The notes beneath the pieces were generated by a model that was given only the letters and a program-made list of their open reading frames with translations, had not been told where the DNA came from and made no database searches. DNA of 63,764 nucleotides, counting the filler. It is 7 parts of 7 records of this genome, joined end to end, with 100 filler letters (N's around TTAATTAATTAA, not from the genome) between each part and the next. Parts side by side here need not be neighbours in the genome. Positions count along the whole stretch, not along the records: positions 50,681 to 58,061 come from SRR31156797_8492; positions 58,162 to 63,764 come from SRR31156797_8559; 5 more parts are not named here. One strand, given 5' to 3'. The position numbers and the translations under genes are program-made. Below, piece after piece: positions 50,722-59,533 of this stretch; position 1 is the stretch's first letter; each line of letters opens with the position of its first letter.

Positions 50722-51570
50722 ATGATACGGGTTAGCTATTATCCAGGATGTTCACTTGAGGCCACGGCCAGTGACTATGAGGCCTCCATTGAATCTGTGG
50801 CCAAGTTATTGGACATCGATCTGGCGGAAATTGATGATTGGAACTGTTGCGGCGCCACCGCAGCACACAGCCTTGACCACGAACTTGCAATTCAGCTTTC
50901 GGCACGCAACTTAAGCTTGGCGGAGGATGCGGGTCTGGATGTGGTCGTTCCCTGCGCCCTGTGCTTTAACCGACTAAAAAACGCTGAGAAGGCCTTGCTG
51001 GCCGGAGCAACAAGCCCCTATGCATTTTCGGGGAATATCAAAATTTCCGATTTGCTTGAATTTATGTCCAGCCCCCAGGTATTGGAGTTGTTTAAAGGGA
51101 AAGTCACCAAACCTCTCAAAGGACTGAAAGGCGTTTGTTACTACGGGTGCCAAGCCAATCGGCCCCCGAAAGTAACCGACAGGGCGAATTACGAAAATCC
51201 AATGGACATGGACCGTATGGTCGAGGCTTGTGGCGCAGAAGCCATAGATTGGCCGTTTAAGACCGACTGCTGCGGCGCTTCCCATTCCGTGGCCCGACCC
51301 GATTTAATCGATGAGCTGGTGGGCCGGCTTTATGATATGGCGCTGGATGTGGGAGCCGATTGTATGGTTGTTTCATGTCAGATGTGCGAGGCGAACGTGG
51401 ATATGTACCAGGAACGCATCGGCCGGGTGCGGGGAAAATCCTATTATCTTCCAGTTTTTTATTTCACCGAGCTTATGGGATTGGCGGCCGGGATGCCCGA
51501 AGTGCCTGCATGGCTGAAACGACACTTCGTCGATCCAACGCCACTATTAAAAAGACTTGAACTTCTGTAA
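50722..51570 (+). CDS. hdrB: Heterodisulfide reductase subunit B-like protein
   Basis: YYPGCSL, WNCCGA, PCALC, YYGC, DCCGA, SCQMC (two CCG domains). Start placed at ATG 50722. Confidence 0.93.
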   Translation: MIRVSYYPGCSLEATASDYEASIESVAKLLDIDLAEIDDWNCCGATAAHSLDHELAIQLSARNLSLAEDAGLDVVVPCALCFNRLKNAEKALLAGATSPYAFSGNIKISDLLEFMSSPQVLELFKGKVTKPLKGLKGVCYYGCQANRPPKVTDRANYENPMDMDRMVEACGAEAIDWPFKTDCCGASHSVARPDLIDELVGRLYDMALDVGADCMVVSCQMCEANVDMYQERIGRVRGKSYYLPVFYFTELMGLAAGMPEVPAWLKRHFVDPTPLLKRLELL

Positions 51571-51844
51571 AAGGGCTCCCGAAAGATCGCGGCTATCCGA
51601 CGCTTCTAAAACGAGGGTGTCCTTGGTCTTTCCCCCGTTCAACAATTAACCTGCGACGTTTAACCAACGAAGATATAGCTCAGACCAGCAATCATAAGCT
51701 CCGGCCAGGGATCTTCGGCAGGATCGCATTTACGGGCGCAGGGTGTTTCTGCCGTACTGGGATGGGGTGCTGACGTAAGCCCAGGACGAGGGATAGCGCC
51801 AATCGTATCGTATCAGCGATGAGTAGACAATAGAGGAGTAGAAA

Positions 51845-54800
51845 TTGTCAGATAAAGAAAGCGCAAATTACATGCCTATCGGGTCGGTCATGGTGGTCGG
51901 GGGCGGCATCGCTGGCATGCAGGCGGCGTTGGACCTGGCGGACGCGGGTTATTTTGTTTACCTGGTGGAAAAAGGCCCATCCATCGGCGGGGTTATGGCT
52001 CAACTGGATAAAACGTTTCCCACCAATGACTGCTCGACATGCATGATTTCTCCAAGACTGGTGGATGTGGCAGGCCATGAGGCCATCGAGATTATTTCCA
52101 TGGCTGAGGTGGCTGAGGTGTCTGGAGTGCCGGGTCGCTTCACGGTCAAGTTAGTCAAACGCCCACGGTATGTGGATGAGAGCAAGTGCGTGGGGTGTGG
52201 TGTATGTGCGGAGAAATGCCCCAAAAAGGTCCCGGACGGCTTCAACGAAGGCTTAGGTCAGCGGAAAGCCATCTATATTGACTACCCACAGGCTGTTCCA
52301 TTGGTCTACAGAATTGATCGTGACGCTTGTATTTATTTTTCCAAAGGAAAGTGCCGGGCATGTGAAAAATTTTGTGAAAACAATGCCATCGATTTTGACC
52401 AGAGGCAGACGGAAATGAACATTGAAGTTGGAGCCCTGCTTCTGGCGCCGGGTTTTTCAACGTTTGACCCAAAACGGAAGGCCGAACTGGGCTTCGGACG
52501 ATATCCGGACGTGATCACGGCTCTTCAGTTTGAGCGAATGATGGCCGCCGAAGGACCGACCGGTGGACATGTGCAACGGGTTTCGGACGGATCCCGGCCT
52601 GGAAAGATCGCCTGGATTCAATGCGTGGGTTCCCGTGACGCCTCGGTGGGCAATGATTACTGCTCCTATGTTTGCTGCATGTATGCTACCAAACACGCCA
52701 TACTCGCCAAAGAGCATGATCCCGAACTCCAACCGACGATTTTTTTTATTGATATCCGGGCACAGGGAAAAGGCTTCGATCGTTACTATGAGCGGGCAAA
52801 AAATCAGGTCGGGGTGCGTTATGTACGTTCCATGATCAGCAGGATCATTGAACGTCCCACGACGAAAAGGCTTGAAGTTCAGTATTTCGATGAGGCGGGC
52901 GTTCTGCAGAATGAGGCTTTTGACATGGTCGTTCTCTCCGTGGGGCTGGAAGCTCATCCGGATGGAATTGCTCTGGCGAAAAAACTCGATGTAGACCTGG
53001 ATCCTTTTGGTTTTGCGGCGAGAACGCAGTTCAATCCGCTGTTAACGAACCGGGAAGGCATGTATGTGTGCGGTGTCTTTGGCTGCCCGAAAGATATTCC
53101 CGAGACCATAACCCAAGCGTCCGGTGCTGCTGGCCAGGCAGCTGAATTGTTGGCCTCAGCGCGGGGAACAATGATTCCCGAAAAGGTGTTCCCGAAGGCT
53201 CGTGATGTGTCCGGAGAAGACCCTAGGATCGGTGTTTTTGTATGTCACTGCGGGGTTAACATCGCCGCTGTGGTTGACGTGGAGCAGGTGGCCGAATACG
53301 CTCGGTCTTTGTCCAGTGTGGTTCATGCCCAGGATATGATGTTCGCTTGCTCGACAGATGGCCTTGAAAAAATTCGGCAAGCGATCAATAGAGAGAACTT
53401 GAACCGCGTCGTTGTGGCTTCTTGCAGTCCCAGGACACATGAGCCCCTGTTCCAGGATGATTTGCAGGCGGGAGGACTGAACAAATATCTTTTCGAGATG
53501 GCCAACATTCGGGATCAGTGTTCATGGGTTCATGGAGATGATCCGGCTGCGGCCACTGAAAAGGCCAAGGATCTGGTCAGAATGAGTGCCGCACGGGCAC
53601 GATTCCTTGAGCCCCTCGTTCAGTTTTCTGTGCCTGTAAATCAATCCGCCCTGGTTATTGGCGGTGGCGTGGCCGGCATGACAGCTGCCCTATCCCTAGG
53701 GAATCAGGGGTTCCGGGTAGCGCTGGTGGAGCGAACCCAGGAATTGGGCGGTATGGCAAACCGACTTGGATATACGCTTGAGGGCTTTGACGTCAAGTCA
53801 TTATTAGAGGACCTTAAATCCCGTTTGGAAGCCCATGATTTGGTTTGTGTTTTTATTGGAACCGAGGTAAAAAAAATCAGCGGTGTCGTCGGTAGTTTTA
53901 CGACGGATTTGGTCGTACAGGGCACGGCTACCGCCAGGATTGAGCATGGGGCCGTAATTGTTGCCACCGGTGCACGGGAATACGTCCCGGACGAATATTC
54001 CTATCGCGAAAGCGATAAGGTTATTACTCAGCTCGAACTGCAAGAGCGTCTGGCGGCGGGTGATTCTTCCGACACCGACCAAGTGGTGATGATTCAGTGT
54101 GTCGGCTGTCGCACACCGGAGCATCCTTACTGCTCGCGCATCTGCTGTTCCCAGGCCGTGGGCAATGCTCTCAAAATAAAAGCATTAAATCCCAAAGCCC
54201 AGGTGGCCGTGATCTACCGGGATGTGCGGACTTACGGCACTAAGGAGCTTTACTACAAGCAGGCTCGTGAGGCTGGGGTGCGTTTTGTACGATTCGATCC
54301 TGCGGCCGAACCTTTGGTCAGGGTAAACGGCGGTCGAATGCGGGTGGAGGTCCTGGATCAAGGTCTCAAACTCCCGTTGGTTTTTGAACCGGACATGGTG
54401 GTGCTTTCCGCAGCTGTACGCCCCCAAGAAGACGCCCAGGACGTAGCCTCGGACCTGAAGCTTCCGCTGGACACCGATGGTTTTTTCATGGAGGCCCACT
54501 TAAAACTCAAGCCGCTCGATTTTGCTTCTGCCGGGTATTTTGTTTGCGGGCTGGCCCATGGTCCTAAACCGATCGAGGAGTCCATCGCCCAGGCTAAGGG
54601 TGCCGCTGCAAGGGCCGCAACGCTTCTGAGCAAGAAGGAAATGATGGTGGGCGGTGAGGTGGCCCAGGTGGATCCCTCAAAATGCGCGGTATGCCTGACG
54701 TGCGTCCGGGCCTGCCCGTTCGGCGTACCAAAGATCGTTAATAGTGCCACCTATATTGATCCGGCAGGGTGCCGAGGATGCGGCGTTTGTTCCGGGGCTT

Positions 54801-55345
54801 GCCCGGGGAAAGCGATTCAGATCGCCCATCACACCGATGAGCAAATCATGAGTAAGACGGCGACCCTATTCGAGGAGCCCTATACTGCTGCGGAATACAA
54901 TTCACAGATCGTAGCCTTTATCTGTACCTATTGCACATACACAGCTGCAGATATGGCGGGGTTCATGAGGCTACGATATCCTGCTAATGTTCGGGTGGTG
55001 AAGCTTCTATGCACCGGACAGGTCGATACCAAACACCTTTTGGGCACTTTCGAAGCCGGTGCCGATGCGGTAATGGTCTCCGGCTGCGAGTTGGGGGACT
55101 GCCACTTTCTGGAAGGCAACTACCGCGCAGTGAAACGGGTGGCCGAAACCAAGAAACTGCTCAATGAGGCCGGCATAGACCCGGAGCGAGTTGAAATGTT
55201 CCATGTGGGGGCATCTGACGCGCCCGGATGGGCTGATGCTGTGGGCGAAATGGTTCAACGTGCGAAGAAATTGGGTCCTTCACCCCTCCGGATCAAAAAA
55301 GCGGTGGAAGACGAGGAACCAAAAACCGTTGCGGTCTCGGCCTAA
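51845..55345 (+). CDS. hdrA: Large HdrA-like flavoprotein (two FAD domains, ferredoxin motifs) fused to MvhD/FlpD
   Basis: GGGIAG and GGGVAG, LDKTFPTNDC, two QCVG motifs, CSPRTHE, CxxCxxCxxxCP repeats; C-terminal FICTYC..CTG..GC..GDCHF. Confidence 0.92.
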   Translation: MSDKESANYMPIGSVMVVGGGIAGMQAALDLADAGYFVYLVEKGPSIGGVMAQLDKTFPTNDCSTCMISPRLVDVAGHEAIEIISMAEVAEVSGVPGRFTVKLVKRPRYVDESKCVGCGVCAEKCPKKVPDGFNEGLGQRKAIYIDYPQAVPLVYRIDRDACIYFSKGKCRACEKFCENNAIDFDQRQTEMNIEVGALLLAPGFSTFDPKRKAELGFGRYPDVITALQFERMMAAEGPTGGHVQRVSDGSRPGKIAWIQCVGSRDASVGNDYCSYVCCMYATKHAILAKEHDPELQPTIFFIDIRAQGKGFDRYYERAKNQVGVRYVRSMISRIIERPTTKRLEVQYFDEAGVLQNEAFDMVVLSVGLEAHPDGIALAKKLDVDLDPFGFAARTQFNPLLTNREGMYVCGVFGCPKDIPETITQASGAAGQAAELLASARGTMIPEKVFPKARDVSGEDPRIGVFVCHCGVNIAAVVDVEQVAEYARSLSSVVHAQDMMFACSTDGLEKIRQAINRENLNRVVVASCSPRTHEPLFQDDLQAGGLNKYLFEMANIRDQCSWVHGDDPAAATEKAKDLVRMSAARARFLEPLVQFSVPVNQSALVIGGGVAGMTAALSLGNQGFRVALVERTQELGGMANRLGYTLEGFDVKSLLEDLKSRLEAHDLVCVFIGTEVKKISGVVGSFTTDLVVQGTATARIEHGAVIVATGAREYVPDEYSYRESDKVITQLELQERLAAGDSSDTDQVVMIQCVGCRTPEHPYCSRICCSQAVGNALKIKALNPKAQVAVIYRDVRTYGTKELYYKQAREAGVRFVRFDPAAEPLVRVNGGRMRVEVLDQGLKLPLVFEPDMVVLSAAVRPQEDAQDVASDLKLPLDTDGFFMEAHLKLKPLDFASAGYFVCGLAHGPKPIEESIAQAKGAAARAATLLSKKEMMVGGEVAQVDPSKCAVCLTCVRACPFGVPKIVNSATYIDPAGCRGCGVCSGACPGKAIQIAHHTDEQIMSKTATLFEEPYTAAEYNSQIVAFICTYCTYTAADMAGFMRLRYPANVRVVKLLCTGQVDTKHLLGTFEAGADAVMVSGCELGDCHFLEGNYRAVKRVAETKKLLNEAGIDPERVEMFHVGASDAPGWADAVGEMVQRAKKLGPSPLRIKKAVEDEEPKTVAVSA

Positions 55346-55384
55346 CACGAAGTTTCCTGGAAATCAGGAAAATTCGCGCGCTCG

Positions 55385-56122
55385 AAGCCCGTAGAGCTAA
55401 CATGTTGTGAGCGTTTTCAGGTATCCACCAGGCCCCAGCTATTTTCAAACGATCTTGAATAATATAACGGTGTGCGCTTTCAACAGCGCCGGAACCGATG
55501 GGAAGACCTTCGTCCAATGCTTCTTTATAGTTGAACTGCCCCCGTCTGTTGCGCATGTAATTGTAACATGTCCGAACAGGGGCTTCCTCTTTTGGCACAG
55601 AATCCGGCTCTATATGTGGTTCAATTGCTCGGATGACTTCTGAAATGTTCCCTTCTTTCAGTTTCTTTTTCTGGTCAGCAAGCCAACCCTTTTTATCGTC
55701 CGGTGAAATAGATCCTGCCGCCGCTCCCAGGTAGTCACATAAATGATAGAAATCGATCGTAAAGCTACCCTGCAGGCCAAAGACTCTTTCCGTTTGATCG
55801 GCGATCCAAGGTGCGCCATCGCTTACACAATGAATTTTGGTGTTTTCTCCAGCCCCAGCCTCCACGGCACAGTGCGCCAGTCGATCTCCCGCATCATCGA
55901 AACGTCACCCAAAAACGTGGTTTCATAAACTGTTTCAACACTGCCCAATGGCCGTGCCAAGGCCAATCGAGCCTCTTTCCAGCAAACCTGACGTGTCTTA
56001 CGCCGGTCTATCGGCATATCATCTGAAGGAACATTATCCGTACTCACAATCGGAATCATGCTCCCATCCAGCTCTACTACGATTTGATCCACACCGGGCC
56101 GTTCCGGGACCTCCGTTTGTAA
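55385..56122 (-). pseudogene. Frameshifted internal fragment of an ISLre2/ISKra4-like (UPF0236) DDE transposase
   Basis: VELDG..WKEARL in one frame; DGAPWI, DFYH, IGSGAVESAHR..AGAWW in another; shift near 55900. No N-terminus or terminal repeats seen. Confidence 0.8.
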
Positions 56123-56267
56123 ACGAACCGAAATGCGGAAAGAACCTGTTTTGCGCTTTAAATACAGGTACATATATTGCACTATACCAGGTGTGACACC
56201 CGGTTCATTGTGAGAAGATTGAGTGATGGATTTGCCTGTACCGCTTGGACCAACCGGAAAACCGGGC

Positions 56268-56300
56268 TTGACACAAATCTCGTGCTGCACTATTATTGTG
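56268..56300 (+). promoter_or_regulatory. Sigma70 promoter of the TA operon with two CAC-N7-GTG boxes
   Basis: TTGACA (56268-56273), 17-bp spacer, TATTAT (56291-56296); CACAAATCTCGTG and CACTATTATTGTG overlap -35 and -10. Confidence 0.7.
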
Positions 56301-56302
56301 GC

Positions 56303-56545
56303 ATGAAAAATGTTACCATTACACTCGATGAAGAAGTCGCCCATTGGGCCCGGGTCCGTGCAGCGGAAGACGAAACAAGTGTCTCCCGTCTGTTAGGCGA
56401 ATTGCTCCGCGAGAAAATGCGTGAGGAAAGCAGCTACCACACATCCATGCAACATTACCTTACCCAATCACCCCGTGTGCTGAAGGAGATGGGGGATACG
56501 TACCCTGACCGTGAGGAACTCCATGACCGACAGGGTCTTCGTTGA
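56303..56545 (+). CDS. Ribbon-helix-helix antitoxin (VapB-like)
   Basis: MKNVTITLDEE..ARVRAA..SVSRLL and C-terminal REELHDR; overlaps the PIN gene. Confidence 0.82.
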   Translation: MKNVTITLDEEVAHWARVRAAEDETSVSRLLGELLREKMREESSYHTSMQHYLTQSPRVLKEMGDTYPDREELHDRQGLR

Positions 56546-56969
56546 CACCAATGTTCTTGTTTACAGCAGGGATGCATCGGAACCCCCGAAGCAGAAACAA
56601 GCCATGGCATGGATGGCCCACTTGTGGCGCCAAAAGAGAGGTCGACTGAGCTTTCAGATCCTCAATGAGTTCTACGTAACGGTTACCCGAAAGCTCCAAC
56701 CCGGCTTGGACCCGCACAGTGCCCGCGAAGACGTACGGTTCCTTCTCGCATGGCGTCCCATACCCTTGGACGTCCGTGTGGTTGAAAATGCGTGGCGGAT
56801 CGAAGATCGATACAGGCTGTCCTGGTGGGACGCTCTGGTCGTCTCCGCCGCTCAAATAGCCGACTGCCGGTACCTCCTGACCGAAGACCTCCGGGAAAAC
56901 CAAAACCTGGGGGATGTCAAGGTGATCAACCCTTTCCATACCCCACCCGAATCTCTCAGAGCCGGGTAA
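56523..56969 (+). CDS. PIN-domain toxin (VapC-like)
   Basis: VFVDTNVLVY, LNE, SWWDALVV, LLTED acidic tetrad. Confidence 0.9.
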   Translation: MTDRVFVDTNVLVYSRDASEPPKQKQAMAWMAHLWRQKRGRLSFQILNEFYVTVTRKLQPGLDPHSAREDVRFLLAWRPIPLDVRVVENAWRIEDRYRLSWWDALVVSAAQIADCRYLLTEDLRENQNLGDVKVINPFHTPPESLRAG

Positions 56970-57101
56970 TCGTCCATTGATCAACATTGAAAATCGCGGC
57001 GGTTCAGCGGGAATCCGGGTCTGGATAGAAATACGGCGCGCTTGACCTCATCACCCAAATAGAGTATGACATTACCCTCTTGAAAAAGTGTGTGGAAAAT
57101 C

Positions 57102-57365
57102 ATGTTTTACAAGCGATCCGGCAGGGTTAAGGTCAAAAAAGTGGGCCAAAATACAGCCCTGTACTCAAGTGAACGAAAGGGGATACACGTCCTGAATGAG
57201 ACCGCACTCTTTATCTGGGAACTCCTTCGGGAGCCCTTTACGTTCGATGAACTCCTTTATATGCTCGGCCAGGTCTTTGAAGGCGACACCGCCGAAATGA
57301 AAGAGGACCTGCGCGAGACCCTCGATCTTTTTTTGCGATACGATCTGATCCAAACGGAAACATGA
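57102..57365 (+). CDS. PqqD family / RiPP recognition element protein
   Basis: About 87 aa, HVLNETALFIWELL, terminal helix DL..TL..F....LI. Confidence 0.8.
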   Translation: MFYKRSGRVKVKKVGQNTALYSSERKGIHVLNETALFIWELLREPFTFDELLYMLGQVFEGDTAEMKEDLRETLDLFLRYDLIQTET

Positions 57366-58061
57366 AAACCTTTTTTTTCTCTTTTCCCCGGCTCAATATC
57401 AAACTCACCGCTCCCGAGATAATCGCCGCCCATATTGAAACCGCGTTTTTTCATTCCATCACTTCCCATACAAATTTATCCCTGCGGCACCAATATGTGG
57501 TTGAAGCCGCTTCTGATGGCTTTGTCCTCTTAAAAGACGGCCAACGGGCATGGCGGTTCGGGTCGTGCCTCGATCTCATATGCGGCCTGGAAGAGGATAT
57601 TGAAAACACCCTGACCCGGGCCATCGGGGACTGGGTCGGATTTCATGCGGGGGCTTCGATCATAGGAGGCGCCGCCTGTGTCATCCCCGGAGACCCGGAC
57701 ACCGGCAAAACCACCACCACCTTCAACCTGGCTGAGATGGGACGGATCTTTTTGTGCGAAGAGGTGGCACCCGTGGATCCGGAAACCCTCCTGGTCCATC
57801 CCTTTCCTCAGACGCTTACCCTCGATCGGGCTTACGCGGAAACATATCTGTCGCTCCATCCGCTTCAAAACGGGGAATTCACCCTATGGGATTCCCGGAT
57901 CGCCCGCTATCGTCCGTATGTGGCCGGATCGGATCCGGTTCTCCTGAAGACCATCCTGATGCCGGCATACGGCCCCGCTGAAACACCGGGGATTGAGGTT
58001 CTCTCCCCGGGTGAGGCATTCATCGAGCTTCTGGGATACTGTTTTCCCCCCAATACGGATG
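57362..58061 (+). CDS. HPr-kinase-related P-loop protein (3' truncated)
   Basis: FHAG, Walker A GDPDTGKTT, CEE acidic pair, PFP; ATGA overlap with the pqqD-like gene. Confidence 0.72.
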
Positions 58062-58161
58062 NNNNNNNNNNNNNNNNNNNNNNNNNNNNNNNNNNNNNNN
58101 NNNNNTTAATTAATTAANNNNNNNNNNNNNNNNNNNNNNNNNNNNNNNNNNNNNNNNNNNN
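58062..58161. other. Artificial contig spacer
   Basis: N-run with TTAATTAATTAA. Confidence 0.98.
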
Positions 58162-58188
58162 AAATTTCCCTATTTCTGGATGGACACT

Positions 58189-58225
58189 AACGAAAAACGG
58201 CTCCGGCCTCGGGCCGGAACCGTTT
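58189..58225 (-). terminator. Intrinsic terminator after dctP
   Basis: Minus strand AAACGGTTCCGGCC-cga-GGCCGGAGCCGTTT followed by TTCGTT. Confidence 0.75.
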
Positions 58226-58257
58226 GTTAGACGAACCATGAACTGCCTCTAAAAGGT

Positions 58258-59358
58258 TTACCCTTTTAAAGAGAACTTGGGCTGAATGATGTTGTAGTAG
58301 GCTGTCTCGGAGATGCTACCCCATGTCCCGACCACTTTCTGGAAGTCTTTGAAAGCGTTGTTGACCTTGGTGGCCATGGGGGTTTTGGCAGCTTCTTCGG
58401 CCAGGACCTCTTCAGCCAGTTTGCGAAGATCGGCCAGTACCTGATCGGGGAACTGGATCAACTCCACTTTTTTCTCATTGATCAGGGTCTGCAATGCCTG
58501 CCCATTCAGAGCATCGAACTGAGCAAGAACCCAGTGTTCGGTCTCAACACAGGCGGCATCAATAATATGTTGCAGATCCTTGGGCAGACTTTCATATACC
58601 TTTTTGTTAAAAAAGTATTCCAGATACGTTCCAGGTTCGTGCCATCCGGGGTAATAGTAGTATTTGGCAGCCTGGTAAAACCCCATACGAAGGTCATGAA
58701 GAGGGCCTACCCACTCGGTAGCATCAATCACACCCCGCTCCAGGGAGGTAAAAATCTCTCCGCCGGGCAGCAGCACCACCGTACCACCGGCCTTGGCCAG
58801 AACCTTTCCGCCCAACCCCGGGATTCTCATTTTCAATCCCTTGAAATCGCCTATGGATTCAATCTTTTTGTTAAACCACCCGCCCATCTGAACACCGGTC
58901 GAACCACCGGGACGGGGAACCAGGTTGAAGGGGGCGTAGGTCTCTTCCCACAATTTCAGTCCGCCACCGCCATGAAACCAGGCGCTCATCCCCTGGCCGT
59001 TCATTCCGAAGGGCACAGCGGCAAACCACTGGGTTGCCGGTTCCTTGCCTGCCCAGTAATAGGCGGCACCGCTACCCACTTCCACGGTACCGTCGGAAAC
59101 CGCTTGAAAGCTCTCCAAGGCCGGAACCAGTTCACCGCCGGCGAACACCTGAATCTTGATGCGACCGTCGGATAGTTCTTCAATGCGCTTGGCAAGCCGT
59201 TCACAACCGTCCTGAAGCACCGGAAGTTTGGGTGGCCACGTCGTCACCATCTTCCAATTGTACTTTTTGGCTGCGATCACAGCCGGTGCACTCACTGTGG
59301 TTGCCGCAACCGCTGCCGCACCGACACCCGCCTTCTTCAGAAAGTCTCTTCTTTTCAT
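58258..59358 (-). CDS. dctP: TRAP transporter solute-binding subunit with Tat signal (TakP-like)
   Basis: MKRRDFLKK twin-arginine signal, QMGGWF, KMRIPG, EWVGP, PGWHEP. Start placed at ATG 59358 behind AAGGAGG. Confidence 0.92.
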   Translation of the reverse strand: MKRRDFLKKAGVGAAAVAATTVSAPAVIAAKKYNWKMVTTWPPKLPVLQDGCERLAKRIEELSDGRIKIQVFAGGELVPALESFQAVSDGTVEVGSGAAYYWAGKEPATQWFAAVPFGMNGQGMSAWFHGGGGLKLWEETYAPFNLVPRPGGSTGVQMGGWFNKKIESIGDFKGLKMRIPGLGGKVLAKAGGTVVLLPGGEIFTSLERGVIDATEWVGPLHDLRMGFYQAAKYYYYPGWHEPGTYLEYFFNKKVYESLPKDLQHIIDAACVETEHWVLAQFDALNGQALQTLINEKKVELIQFPDQVLADLRKLAEEVLAEEAAKTPMATKVNNAFKDFQKVVGTWGSISETAYYNIIQPKFSLKG

Positions 59359-59391
59359 CGCTGAATCCTCCTTGGTTGGTGATGAGGTTAA

Positions 59392-59533
59392 GAGGCTGTT
59401 TGAAAAGTCTGGATCAGGTCCCATATCAAGGCGAAAAGCGCATCAAAAACGGAGCATATGGGTAATATGTGAGCATTTTGAGGCGCTTTCCAACACAGAT
59501 AGCGGGCCTTAGACGGATTTTTCAAACAGCTTC
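59392..59533. mobile_element. 142-bp MITE with 15-bp terminal inverted repeats and TAA target duplication
   Basis: TAA[GAGGCTGTTTGAAAA ... TTTTCAAACAGCTTC]TAA; interior is self-complementary; no coding capacity. Confidence 0.8.

Noticed and set aside
50722..55345. Selenocysteine read-through in the hdr genes
   Set aside because: Both frames are open with Cys codons and contain no in-frame TGA.
55823..56344. 173-aa ORF as an intact gene, and the 56177 start for the antitoxin
   Set aside because: Only the 3' part of the 173-aa ORF is transposase-like; its 5' part is antisense to the TA promoter. The antitoxin fold and promoter spacing point to ATG 56303.
33996..58117. ORF-track proteins ending in XXXX..LIN or XXXX..N
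   Set aside because: These are translations of the spacer; the genes are simply truncated.
59359..59512. N-terminal extension of dctP to 59424 and small ORFs crossing 59392-59533
   Set aside because: They read through the MITE. The ATG at 59358 has a strong RBS and begins the Tat signal.
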